Origin: an uncultured Actinomycetes bacterium
Lineage (GTDB): Bacteria; Actinomycetota; Thermoleophilia; Solirubrobacterales; 70-9
DNA length: 64,000 bases
Direction: 5' to 3'
Assembly (NCBI GenBank): GCA_963832065.1
Contig: CAWHSV010000008.1
Coordinates: 80,671-144,670, forward strand
This document shows, piece after piece, positions 18,552 through 27,644 of the stretch (positions within the stretch are counted from its first letter, which is position 1; every line of letters begins with the position of its first letter). The translations under genes and the position numbers were made by a program. A model generated the notes under the pieces. It saw nothing but the letters and a program-made list of their open reading frames with translations, had not been told where the DNA came from and searched no databases.

Positions 18552-20004
18552 CGCTAGCCGGGGAGGCTATCTGCGCTGCGCCCGTGAGCTCCTCGACCGC
18601 GGCCTCGAGGTGGTCGACGATGCGTTGCGCGTCGGGGACGGAGTCGGGATCGGCCAGCAGCCCGAAGCCGACCTGGCCGTTGTAGCTGAGGATGGCGACC
18701 GCCAGGGCGTGGTTCTTGGCGAGGAAGCCGATCGGGTAGACCTCGGTCAGCTCGCGACCGAGCACGTAGAACGGCATCTGCGGCCCCGGGAAGTTCGTCA
18801 CCAGCAGGTTGAAGAGGCGGGTGGAGAAGTTGACCGCCGCGGTCGGCGCCAGCAGCAGCGGCGGCGCGAAGTCGCGGAACCAGTCGTTGAGGCCCCAGAT
18901 CGCCTCCGCGCCGAGCGGCTGCTTGGAGTCCTTGAGCGCGTCCATCGCGGCGGAGATGACGCGCAGGCGCTGGACCGGGTCGGCGACGCCGACCGGCAGC
19001 GGACCCCGCATCGCGGTCAGTTTGTTGCCGAGCTCACCATGCTCGTTTTCGGTCCGGATCGAGACCGGCACCAGCGCCTTCAGCTCGAGCCCGTCGACCT
19101 CGACCTCGCGCTCCAGCAGCCAGCGGCGCATGGCGCCCGCGACGACGGCCAGGGTGACGTCGTTGACGGTGCCGCCGAGCGCGTTCTTGACGCGTTTGAA
19201 CTCGGGCAGCTCGAAGGTCGCCCAGCCCATGCTGCGCCGCGGTCCGATCCTGGTGTTGAACGGCGCCTTCGGCGCCGGACGGGCGAGATTCCAGGTCACC
19301 TCCCAGATCCCGGCGATGCCGTCGGCGGCGCGCCGGCGGGCGCGCCGAGGCTCGCGCACGGCCCGTCGCAGCCAGCGGCCCAGTCGCCGCAGCGTCGCCG
19401 CGATGCCGACGCCGGCATGCCCGACCAGGGCCGTCCGCGACGGCGTGGGGGCGGGCGTCCACGGCGCTTCCTCGCGGGCGGGCTCGGACTTCGGCTCGAC
19501 GTCGAAGAGCAGCATCCCGATGTCCACGGCGGAGATGCCGTCGGCCATCGCGTGGTGGGTCTTGTAGACGACGCCGAAGCGCTCCTCGGCGAAGCCCTCG
19601 ACCAGGATCAGCTCCCAGAGCGGTTTCGAGCGATCCAGCGGCGGTGCCAGCAGCTCGCCGACCAGATCCTGGAACTGGGCCTCAGTGCCCGGCGCCGGCA
19701 GCGAGATCCGCCGCAGGTGCTGGTGGATGTCGAACTGCGGGTGATCGACCCAGAAGGGAGTGCCGAGCCCCAGCGGCGGGTAGAGCAGCCGCTGGCGCAG
19801 CCGCGGCAGGTGGTGCACGCGGCTGCGGATGTGAACGAGGAAGTCCTCCTCGCTGGGGGCGCTGCCCTCGCACATCAGCAGGGCGCCGATCGCCATGTGC
19901 CCGTTCGCTTTCTCGTTCGCCAAGAACGAGGTGTCGAACGAAGTCAGCCTGTCCATGTGGCGTTGCCCCATAACTCCCTCCGCGGCGGAGGGTACTGGCT
20001 GCAT
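18481..20004 (-). CDS. Wax ester synthase/diacylglycerol acyltransferase (WS/DGAT) family
   Basis: The ORF has the HHAMADG active-site motif (YKTHHAMADGISAV) and typical length. Its 3' end overlaps the ftsY start by 71 nt. The true start may be at the internal MDRLTSFD. Confidence 0.8.
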   Translation of the reverse strand: MQPVPSAAEGVMGQRHMDRLTSFDTSFLANEKANGHMAIGALLMCEGSAPSEEDFLVHIRSRVHHLPRLRQRLLYPPLGLGTPFWVDHPQFDIHQHLRRISLPAPGTEAQFQDLVGELLAPPLDRSKPLWELILVEGFAEERFGVVYKTHHAMADGISAVDIGMLLFDVEPKSEPAREEAPWTPAPTPSRTALVGHAGVGIAATLRRLGRWLRRAVREPRRARRRAADGIAGIWEVTWNLARPAPKAPFNTRIGPRRSMGWATFELPEFKRVKNALGGTVNDVTLAVVAGAMRRWLLEREVEVDGLELKALVPVSIRTENEHGELGNKLTAMRGPLPVGVADPVQRLRVISAAMDALKDSKQPLGAEAIWGLNDWFRDFAPPLLLAPTAAVNFSTRLFNLLVTNFPGPQMPFYVLGRELTEVYPIGFLAKNHALAVAILSYNGQVGFGLLADPDSVPDAQRIVDHLEAAVEELTGAAQIASPASDGNDLAGDDRPRFARERERLAGD

Positions 20005-20034
20005 CGCGGCCGGATATGCGGAGAACTGTTGTGC

Positions 20035-22413
20035 TTAGGCTACGGCGGAAAGGGTGTTCCCACTCTCGTCTTCTTCGTCCCCGGCCTCGCCTTCGCCGAC
20101 TTCGCGGGGAAGGCGGCGCGAGACGACCTTGGTGACGCCGTCGCCGCCCATGCTGACCCCGTAGAGGACGTCGGCGGCGTCCATCGTCCGTTTCTGGTGG
20201 GTGACGATGACGAACTGGGCGCGGTCGGAAAAGCGGCGGATCAGCTGCAGGAAGCGGTCGATGTTGGCGTCGTCGAGGGCGGCCTCGACCTCGTCGAGGA
20301 TGTAGAAGGGACAGGGGCGGGCGAGGAAGACGGCGAAGACGAAGGCCAGCGCGACCAGCGACTTCTCGCCGCCGGAGAGCAGCGAGAGCTTGCGGGTCGA
20401 CTTGCCGGCCGGCGTGACCTCGATCTCGACCCCTAGCTCCTCGCGCGCCTCTTCCTCCTCGGCCTCGGGATCCGGCTCGCTGTCGTCGCTCGGCGCCTCC
20501 TGCTCTCCCGCCGGCCGCTCCTCGTCGCGGACCGGGCGCAGGGCGACCCGGCGCAGGACGCCGCGCCCGCCGGGGAAGAGGTGCTCGACCATCTCCTCGA
20601 AGTTGCTGGCGGTGGCATCGAAGGTCTGCTCGAAAGCGCGCTCGATCTCGTTGTCGATGTCGCGAATCAGCGTCTCCAGCTCCCGCATCGCCCGCTCGGT
20701 GTCCTCGCGCTGGGCCTGCAGGCTCTCGACGTGCTCGCGCGCCTCGTCGTACTCGCGCTCGGCCAGCGGGTTGACCGGGCCGATCTGGGCGCGGCGGCGC
20801 TCGAGGCGCTCGAGCCGGCGATCGATCTCCGCCCGCTCCTCCTCGCTCATCGCCTGCTCGGCTGGCGAGATCTCCTCCCCCAGCCGCTCGGCGATCCCGC
20901 TCAGCTCTCGCTCGGCCTCGGCGCGGCGGTCGCCAAGGTGGGCGGCCTCGACCTCGGCCTTGGTCAGCTCGTCGGCGACCGCGGACATCTCGGACTGCAG
21001 CTGGAACTCCTGCTGGGAACAGGCCCGCAGCTCCTCGGCGATCTCGTCGCCGTCGTCCTCGCCGCCGACGACCTTGCCCTCGGTGCGTTCGACGCGGGCG
21101 CGGATCGCGGCGCCGACGCCCTCGATCGCCGCCAGCGCGGCGCGGGTGTCGTCGAGCAGGGCCTCGCCACCGGCGACGCGCTTGCGCAGCGCCTCGCGGT
21201 GGCGCTCGCCCAGCAGGCCCTCGGCACGGCGGGCGTGACGGGAGGCGCGCTCGGCGCCGCCCCGGACCTCGCCCAATGCCGCCTCGCGGGCGGACTCGGC
21301 GGCGGCGTCGGAGCGGGCGACCTCGAATCCCTTCGCGGCGGCGTCGAGCCCCGCCCCGATCTCGCCCAGCTCCTCCTCGAGCTTGCGGGCCCGTTCGGCC
21401 GGGGCGCCGCTGCCGCCGACGTCCAGCGTCAGCGGGCCGAGCTCCGCCCGCAATGCCTGCAGCCGCGCCTCCAACTCGGTCGCGCGGCCGGAGAGGCCGA
21501 CGGCGCGGACGGCGATCCGCTCCTGCTCGCCGCGCAGCTTCGTCAGCAGGCCCCAGGCCTGGGTGCGCTCGCGGTCGCGGGCGGCGAAGCGCTCCTCGGC
21601 CTCGCGGCGGCGCTTGCCGACTGCGGTCAGTCGCTCCTCGATCTCCGCCCGCGTCGCCCGCGCCTTTGCCGCGGCCTTCTCGGCGGCGGCGGCGCGATCG
21701 GCGCCGAAGCGCAGCTCCTCGGAAACGATCTGGCCGCGCAGCCCCAGTTCCTCTCGCTCGATCCGGGCGCCCAGCTCTGCCGCCTGCGCCTGTCGCTTCA
21801 GCGGTCGCAGCCGCGCCCGCGCCTCGCGCTCGACGTCGAGGGCGCGGTCGAGGTTGTCGCGGGCGGCGCGCAGCTTCAGCTCGGCCCGGCGGCGGCGCTT
21901 GCGGTGCTTGCCGAGCCCCGCGGCCTCCTCGATCAGCAGGCGGCGCTCGCGCGGTTTGGAGTGGACGATCGTCTCCACCCGGCCCTGGGAGATCACGGAG
22001 TGCATCTCGCGGCCGAGGTTGGTGTCGGAGAGGACGTCGGTGACGTCGGCGAGGCGGCAGCGGGCGCCGTTGAGGCGGTAGACGCCGTCGCCGGAGCGGT
22101 CGAGCCTGCGCTGCACGGCGATCTCGGAGAAGTCGCTGGCGGCGCGGCCGTCGGAGTTGTCGATCACGACCTCGACCTCGGCGGCGCGGCGCTGGCCGAT
22201 CCCCTTGCCGCCGGCGGAGATCACGTCCTGCATCGAGGCGCCGCGGATCGCGCCGGGGCTCTGCTCGCCGAGGGCCCAGAGGACGGCGTCGGTGATGTTC
22301 GACTTGCCGGAGCCGTTGGGACCGACGATCACGCTGACGCCGGGTGAGAACTCGAGGCTCACCCGCTCGGGGAACGACTTAAACCCCTTCATCGTGATCG
22401 ATCTCAGATACAT
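20035..22413 (-). CDS. smc: SMC-type chromosome partition ATPase, unusually short (792 aa), no recognisable hinge
   Basis: N-terminal head MKGFKSFPERVSLEFSPGVSVIVGPNGSGKSNI. C-terminal head LSGGEKSLVALAFVFA...FYILDEVEAALD. It occupies the conserved rnc-smc-ftsY position. Only about 440 aa of coiled coil separate the two heads. Confidence 0.8.
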   Translation of the reverse strand: MYLRSITMKGFKSFPERVSLEFSPGVSVIVGPNGSGKSNITDAVLWALGEQSPGAIRGASMQDVISAGGKGIGQRRAAEVEVVIDNSDGRAASDFSEIAVQRRLDRSGDGVYRLNGARCRLADVTDVLSDTNLGREMHSVISQGRVETIVHSKPRERRLLIEEAAGLGKHRKRRRRAELKLRAARDNLDRALDVEREARARLRPLKRQAQAAELGARIEREELGLRGQIVSEELRFGADRAAAAEKAAAKARATRAEIEERLTAVGKRRREAEERFAARDRERTQAWGLLTKLRGEQERIAVRAVGLSGRATELEARLQALRAELGPLTLDVGGSGAPAERARKLEEELGEIGAGLDAAAKGFEVARSDAAAESAREAALGEVRGGAERASRHARRAEGLLGERHREALRKRVAGGEALLDDTRAALAAIEGVGAAIRARVERTEGKVVGGEDDGDEIAEELRACSQQEFQLQSEMSAVADELTKAEVEAAHLGDRRAEAERELSGIAERLGEEISPAEQAMSEEERAEIDRRLERLERRRAQIGPVNPLAEREYDEAREHVESLQAQREDTERAMRELETLIRDIDNEIERAFEQTFDATASNFEEMVEHLFPGGRGVLRRVALRPVRDEERPAGEQEAPSDDSEPDPEAEEEEAREELGVEIEVTPAGKSTRKLSLLSGGEKSLVALAFVFAVFLARPCPFYILDEVEAALDDANIDRFLQLIRRFSDRAQFVIVTHQKRTMDAADVLYGVSMGGDGVTKVVSRRLPREVGEGEAGDEEDESGNTLSAVA

Positions 22414-22476
22414 GTGCTCCTCGTTCCTACGACCCCTAGGCTTGCGATCGAGTCGGACGCGACGCTGGCCACCGGC

Positions 22477-23172
22477 CTAGCCTCCGAGCTGCTTCAAGGC
22501 CTGCTCGGCCGCAATCTGCTCGGCCGCCTTCTTGCTCCGGCCCACGCCCTCCCCGACCCGCTCGGAGTCGACGATCGCCTCAACCTCGAAGGTGCGTTTG
22601 TGCGGGGGCCCGGTGGCGGCTATCACCTCGTAGCTTACGCGCGCCCCGCGCCGCGCGAGCAGCTCTTGCAGGGCGGACTTGAAGTCGATCCGGGTCTCCG
22701 AGGCGTGTTCGATCCGGGGCTCGAAGGCAGCGGCGACCGCCTCCGCCGTGCGCTCGAAGCCGAAGGCGAGGTAGCAGGCGCCGATCAGGGCCTCGGTCGC
22801 CTCCGGCAGCGGCCGCTCGCCGTCGAGCAGGGTCGCGGCGGGAATCGCGCCGGTAAACCCCGCGGGCTCATTCTCGCGCAGCATCTCGGGGACGCCGAGC
22901 TGGCGGCCCACCTCCGCGCAGGAGACGCCGCTGACCGTCTGGTTGTGGACCTTGGTCAGGCCGCCCGAGGCGAGGTCCTCGAAGCGCTCGAAGAGCTCGG
23001 TCGCGACGGCGAGACCGAGCACGCTGTCGCCGAGGAAGGCGAGGCGCTCGAAGGAGTCGACCCGGTGCTCGGTCCAGGAGGAGTGGGTGAGCGCCTGGGC
23101 GCGCAGCTCAGCGGGCAGCTCGTCGATCAGGGCCGAGAGGGCTGCGACCGCTGACTCTGGATTCGCCGCCAC
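22477..23172 (-). CDS. rnc: Ribonuclease III
   Basis: Intact 231-aa ORF with the signature ERLAFLGDSVLG and a C-terminal dsRBD (GPPHKRTFEVE...GRSKKAAEQ.AA). Confidence 0.9.
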   Translation of the reverse strand: MAANPESAVAALSALIDELPAELRAQALTHSSWTEHRVDSFERLAFLGDSVLGLAVATELFERFEDLASGGLTKVHNQTVSGVSCAEVGRQLGVPEMLRENEPAGFTGAIPAATLLDGERPLPEATEALIGACYLAFGFERTAEAVAAAFEPRIEHASETRIDFKSALQELLARRGARVSYEVIAATGPPHKRTFEVEAIVDSERVGEGVGRSKKAAEQIAAEQALKQLGG

Positions 23173-23173
23173 C

Positions 23174-23419
23174 CTAGGCCGGAGCGTGCTCGACGACGAA
23201 CCCGACCGCGTCGCCGACGGTCTCGATCCGGGCTGCCTGCTGCTCGGAGACGCTGATGCCGTAGCGGTCCTCGAGCTCCATCACCAGCTCGTAGAGATCG
23301 AGCGAGTCGGCGTCGAGGTCCTCCTTGAAGCGGGTCTGCTCGTCGATCTTCTCGATGTCGACCTCGAGCTCCTCGGCCAGGTGCTCGCGGACGAGGGCAA
23401 GGACTTCGTCGCGCTTCAT
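23174..23419 (-). CDS. acpP: Acyl carrier protein
   Basis: The internal ATG at 23419 gives an 81-aa protein with the LDADSLDLYELVMELE phosphopantetheine site. Confidence 0.9.
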   Translation of the reverse strand: MKRDEVLALVREHLAEELEVDIEKIDEQTRFKEDLDADSLDLYELVMELEDRYGISVSEQQAARIETVGDAVGFVVEHAPA

Positions 23420-23432
23420 CGCATGCTTCCTA

Positions 23433-24461
23433 TCACGCGCCCTCCCCGGCCGCGAGGGCGCCACGCCCGGCGCCGCCCTCCCGCAGCAGCGCCGCGGTGC
23501 GCCCGACCGCGTCGACCTCGGCGCAGCGCGCCGCCAGGCGAATGGCGTTGGCGATGCCATCGGCGCCGGAGCTGCCGTGGCCGACGACGGCGATGCCGCG
23601 CAGGCCGAGCAGGATCGCGCCGCCGGTCGTGTCCGGGTGCAGCTCGCGCCGCAGCCCGCCCAGGGCCGGCTTGATCAGCAGCCCGCCGACGAGGGAGATC
23701 GGATTGGAGCGGGCGGCGTCGCCAACAGCTCCGGCAACGGTGCGAGCCGTTCCCTCCATCAGCTTCAGGGCGACGTTGCCGGTGAAGCCATCGGTGACGA
23801 CGACGTCGGCCTCGCCGGCGGGCAGGTCGCGGCCCTCGACGTTGCCGGCGAAATCGATACTCGAGGCGTCCGAGAGGATCCGGTGCGCCTCGACCACCTC
23901 TTCCCGGCCCTTGCCGACCTCCTCGCCGACGGTCAGCAGGCCGACCGACGGGTTCTCGACCTCGAGCACGGCGGCGCTGAAGGCGGCGCCGAGGTAGGCG
24001 AACTGGACGAGGTGCTGGGCGCGGACCTCGATGTTGGCGCCGACGTCGAGGAAGAGCACCGGCTTGCCGGGGACCGGCAGCCGCACCGCGAGCGCCGGCC
24101 GCTGCACGCCTTTGATACGCCGCAGCCCGAAGGTGGCCGCCGCCATCGTCGCCCCGGTCGAGCCGCGGCTGACCATCGCATCGGCGGCGTCCTTGGCGAC
24201 GTCGCCGGCGGCGCGCGCCACCGAGGCCTCCGGCTTCGAGCGGACCGCGGGCACGGGGTCCTCGTCGTTGGCGATCCACTCCTTGGTCGGGACCACCTCT
24301 ATCCCCTCGGCGCCGTCCAGATCGAGGGCGCGCTCGGGGCCGAACACGCGCACACCGATTCCGTCGGCCGCGGCACGGCGCGCGCCCTCGGCGAGCACGT
24401 CGAAGCCCTGCTCAGCGCCGTATCCGTCGAGGGCAACGGTGACGCCGCGCCCAGGCGCCAC
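23433..24461 (-). CDS. plsX: Phosphate acyltransferase PlsX
   Basis: Intact 342-aa ORF with VALDGYG..G, VSRGSTGA and TDGFTGNVALK. Confidence 0.9.
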   Translation of the reverse strand: MAPGRGVTVALDGYGAEQGFDVLAEGARRAAADGIGVRVFGPERALDLDGAEGIEVVPTKEWIANDEDPVPAVRSKPEASVARAAGDVAKDAADAMVSRGSTGATMAAATFGLRRIKGVQRPALAVRLPVPGKPVLFLDVGANIEVRAQHLVQFAYLGAAFSAAVLEVENPSVGLLTVGEEVGKGREEVVEAHRILSDASSIDFAGNVEGRDLPAGEADVVVTDGFTGNVALKLMEGTARTVAGAVGDAARSNPISLVGGLLIKPALGGLRRELHPDTTGGAILLGLRGIAVVGHGSSGADGIANAIRLAARCAEVDAVGRTAALLREGGAGRGALAAGEGA

Positions 24462-24463
24462 GG

Positions 24464-24679
24464 CTACTCGGAGTCGCTGGCGCCAGTCGCCGGGGCCTCG
24501 GCGACTCTATGAGCGACGACCTCGCGCCCGGCATAGGTGCCGCAGGTGGGACAGACGCGATGCGGCAGCCGCGGGCTATGGCAGCGCGGGCAGTCGTTCA
24601 GCGTCGCCTTGCCGGCCTTGTGGTTGGCACGGCGCTTGTCGCGGCGGGCGCTCGAGGTTCTCTTCTTGGGGACGGCCAT
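24464..24679 (-). CDS. rpmF: 50S ribosomal protein L32 (C4 zinc-ribbon form)
   Basis: The internal ATG at 24679 gives MAVPKKRTSSARRDKRRANHK...CPRC...CPTCG. Confidence 0.9.
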   Translation of the reverse strand: MAVPKKRTSSARRDKRRANHKAGKATLNDCPRCHSPRLPHRVCPTCGTYAGREVVAHRVAEAPATGASDSE

Positions 24680-24719
24680 CGGGACGCAGCATGGTAGCGG
24701 CCGTGGGTCCGAGAGGCGA

Positions 24720-24836
24720 CTGAGAGGAACGGATACCCCTCCTCTCTCAACTTGCTCGGGTGGGGCGGCTGCGGCCGTCCGAGGTTCGGGCAACCGAGAA
24801 GTACAAGCCGTTCGGAGGGATATCCGTTCCTCTCAG
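24720..24836. repeat. Structured palindromic element, family P1, copy 2 (reverse orientation)
   Basis: A 23-bp outer stem (24720-24742 pairs with 24814-24836, one mismatch). Its reverse complement shares cttgtactt, cctcggacggccgca and aagtt.ag with 15035-15153. The inner-stem changes are compensatory. Confidence 0.65.
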
Positions 24837-25328
24837 TAGGTTGCTCGGACTACGGCTAGGTCGGCTTGCTGCCAGGCGATTTCGCCGTCGCACCAGGTCA
24901 CGAGGTCGGATAGCTGCTTTTTGCTGAAGACGTCGCCGATGACCAGGGAGCGGGATTGGCCTTTGACTTGGCGGCAGAGGTTCTGGCGCTGCTCGTCGTT
25001 CGAGCTGGTTGGCGGAGAGGACGGAGACGACTAGGTCCCAGGGGCCGTCGGGGAGTGGGTCCTCCATGCGGGCGAGCTGGACGTCGTCGTAGGTCTGGCG
25101 GGCGCGGAAGACCATGTCGGGGCTGGCGTCGAGGCCGACCACCCAGGCGTCGGGGTGGGCCTCGATCAGCCGCCGCGTGGTCTCCCCCGTTCCCATCCCC
25201 AGCTCCAGCACGCGCTCGGGCGGGAACGGGATCGCCGCTATGGCTTGGTCCTGGAGCTCGTCGTAGCCGGGGATCTCGGCGCGGATCCGCTCCAGATAGA
25301 CCTCGGGTTTCCAGTCGAATCGATCCAT
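24833..25328 (-). CDS. Small class I SAM-dependent methyltransferase, one frameshift near 25000
   Basis: MDRFDWKPEVYLERIRAEIPGYDELQD...VLELGMGTGETT...VVGLDASPDM. After VSVLS the frame shifts to DEQRQNLCRQVKG.SRSLVIGDV... The stop is at 24833-24835, inside the P1 arm. Confidence 0.6.
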
Positions 25329-25384
25329 TTCGTAACCTCGTTGGGAGGAGCCATCGTAAGCCCGTCCCCAGCGGAGGTTCGCCG

Positions 25385-25909
25385 ATGTCCGCAACCGGCA
25401 GCACGACCATCGATCTGGCGCGCCTCTCGCTCTCCTTCGGCGAGGGAAAGCGACTGGAGCTCCCAGTCGAGCTCGAGCCCTTCGAGCTGGGCGGCCAGGC
25501 CTACGTCGCCAACCCGCCCTCCCCCGTCGTTCGGCTCGACGTCTCCCGCCCCAGCGGCGGCTACGCCCTTCGCCTCGACTTCCCGATCCATCTCGAGGGT
25601 CCCTGCATGCGCTGCCTCGAGCCGGGCTCGCTCGACCTCGAGATCGAGGCGCGCGAGGTCGACCAGGCGGCAACCGAGGACGAAGAGCTGCGCAGCCCCT
25701 ACGTCGTCGAGGACGAGCTCGAGATCGGCCGCTGGGCCCACGACGCGGTCATCCTCGCCCTCCCCGCCCGCTTCCTCTGCCGCCCCGACTGCGCCGGCCT
25801 CTGCCCCGTCTGCGGCGAGTCCCTCAACGACACCGACCCCACCGACCACGACCACGAGCAGGCGGCCGACCCCCGCTGGTCAGCACTCAAGAACCTGAAG
25901 CTCGACTAA
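25385..25909 (+). CDS. yceD: YceD/DUF177 family protein (23S rRNA accumulation protein-like)
   Basis: ATG at 25385, with CMRCLEP...CRPDCAGLCPVCGESLN. This gene normally precedes rpmF on the same strand; here it is on the opposite strand. Confidence 0.8.
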   Translation: MSATGSTTIDLARLSLSFGEGKRLELPVELEPFELGGQAYVANPPSPVVRLDVSRPSGGYALRLDFPIHLEGPCMRCLEPGSLDLEIEAREVDQAATEDEELRSPYVVEDELEIGRWAHDAVILALPARFLCRPDCAGLCPVCGESLNDTDPTDHDHEQAADPRWSALKNLKLD

Positions 25910-26474
25910 CGCTGGCAGGAGGGCGGGGACGCCCTCTCAAAACACTCCAGCGCGAAGCGCGTTTTGAGAGGGCGTCCCCGCCCTCCCCAACGCCTAAGGC
26001 TGCTCGTCCAGCTCGGCGACCGGCTTCGTCCTCGCGGCCGGCGAGACGATCGCGGCCGCGCTGGACGGCCGCGAGGAACTTCTGCAGGTTGACTTCAAGC
26101 GTGTTGAGGATCTCGTCGGCGTAGTCCTCGGCGCCGAGGCGGATTTCGCGCTCGCGGGTGCGGGCGTCCTCGACGATCTCGTCGGCGGCGCGCTCGGCCT
26201 GCTTGGTGACCTCCTCGTCGGAGATCAGGCGGGCCTGCTGCTCGCGGGCCTCGCGGACGATCCGCTCCGCCTCGCGCTTGGCCTCGGCCAGCATCTCCTG
26301 GCGCTCCTTGACGATCCAGCGCGCCTGCTTGATCTCCTCGGGGATCGTCGCGCGCATCTGGTCGAGGAGGTCGTAGATCTCCTCGCGGTCCACACGCACC
26401 TGATCCGTCAGCGGGACGGGGCGGGCGTTGTGGACGACGTCGTCCAGCTTGTCTATGAGAACGAGTACGTCCAT
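25887..26474 (-). CDS. Coiled-coil protein (ATP-synthase-subunit-b-like heptad region), function unknown
   Basis: The 195-aa [17 protein letters not shown]...[34 protein letters not shown] is highly charged coiled coil. Its last ~40 codons run through the 25918-25986 palindrome. The true stop may be the TAG at 25994, reached after a frameshift. Confidence 0.5.
   Translation of the reverse strand: MDVLVLIDKLDDVVHNARPVPLTDQVRVDREEIYDLLDQMRATIPEEIKQARWIVKERQEMLAEAKREAERIVREAREQQARLISDEEVTKQAERAADEIVEDARTREREIRLGAEDYADEILNTLEVNLQKFLAAVQRGRDRLAGREDEAGRRAGRAALGVGEGGDALSKRASRWSVLRGRPRPPASVSRASGS
25918..25986. terminator. Perfect 26-bp inverted repeat (long hairpin) between convergent genes; possible bidirectional terminator
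   Basis: ggagggcggggacgccctctcaaaac (25918-25943) pairs perfectly with 25961-25986. The 17-nt loop contains gcgc-gaa-gcgc. No U-tract follows on either strand. Confidence 0.4.
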
Positions 26475-26582
26475 TTGCAGGTCGTAAGCCTACGTGTATG
26501 CGGGGTCTTTGGTGAGGATGCCGTGATATCCGGACCGTCTTTTTGCAAGCTGTCGCCCATGAGCTCGACCGGTGGCGGAAGC

Positions 26583-27084
26583 CTACCTGTCGCCCAGGCG
26601 GTCGGCCAGCGCCGCCGCGACCGGCGCCGGAACGAGGTCGGAGACGTCGCCGCCGAAGGTGGCCATCTCCTTCACCCCCGTCGAGGACAGGAAGCTGTAG
26701 TGCGGGGAGGCGATCACGTAGATGCTCTCGATGCCGGGGTCGAGCTTGCGGTTGAGCTGGGCCATCTCGAACTCGTACTCGAAGTCGGAGATCGCCCGCA
26801 GGCCCTTGACGATCGCCTTGGCGCCGTTGTCGCGGGCGAACTCGACCAGCAGGGTGGCGAAGATCTGAACCTCGACGTTGGGCAGGTCGGCGGTCGCCTC
26901 GGCGATGAAGTCGCGCCGCTCCTCGGCGGTTGAAGAGCGTCTTCTGCTTGCGGACGGGGTTGCCGACGACGCCGACGACGACCCGGTCGAAGACATTCGC
27001 GGTGCGGGTGATGATGTCGATGTGGCCGTTGGTGACCGGGTCGTAGCTGCCCGGGCAGACGACGGTGCCGTTGCGCTCGCTCAC
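26583..27084 (-). CDS. coaD: Phosphopantetheine adenylyltransferase, one frameshift near 26930
   Basis: GTG at 27084 follows [22 protein letters not shown] is in one frame. [11 protein letters not shown]...[19 protein letters not shown]...SSTGVKE is in ORF 26583..26996. Confidence 0.85.
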
Positions 27085-27644
27085 TCCCCCGCCTCCGCGT
27101 AGACCGAGACGTCGGCGGCGCCGTAGCGGCGCTGCCGCAGCCGCTCCAGCGAGTCGAGCCGCAGCGGCTTGCCGGCGCCGCTCTCGACGATCGCGCGCCC
27201 GCCCGTGGCGAGCAGGCGCGGCAGATGGGTGTTCGAGCTCCTGCGCCACGCGGTCGGCGAGTCTATAGGGGGCATCGACGAAGATGAGGTCGAACCTGGG
27301 CCCGTTTCCAGGGACCTCGGAAGCCTCGACCCAGCCAGCGCCCGACGTCGGCCCGGACCAGCTCCGCGCGGTCGCCGAGGCCGAGCCGCTCGACGTTGCC
27401 GAGCGCCGGCGCGGGTGTCGCGGTCGACGAGCAGCGCCGCGCCCGGCGCCGCGCGAGAGGGCCTCGATCGCCAGGGCGCCGGTGCCGCAGTAGAGGTCGA
27501 GGACGGCGGCGCCGGCGACGCGCTCGCCCAGGGCGGAGAAGATCGCCTCGCGCACGCGGTCGGAGGTCGGGCGGACCTTCCATCCGCGCGGCGCGACCAG
27601 ACGCTGCCCCCCAGCTCTCCGGCGATCACCCTCATGCGGCTCAT
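27081..27644 (-). CDS. rsmD: 16S rRNA (guanine966-N2)-methyltransferase RsmD, several frameshifts
   Basis: [10 protein letters not shown], then [25 protein letters not shown]...[20 protein letters not shown], then [18 protein letters not shown], then [10 protein letters not shown]. These segments are spread over three frames. One shift lies in the C6 run 27607-27612. Confidence 0.75.
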   Translation of the reverse strand: MSRMRVIAGELGGSVWSRRADGRSARPPTACARRSSPPWASASPAPPSSTSTAAPAPWRSRPSRAAPGAALLVDRDTRAGARQRRAARPRRPRGAGPGRRRALAGSRLPRSLETGPGSTSSSSMPPIDSPTAWRRSSNTHLPRLLATGGRAIVESGAGKPLRLDSLERLRQRRYGAADVSVYAEAGE

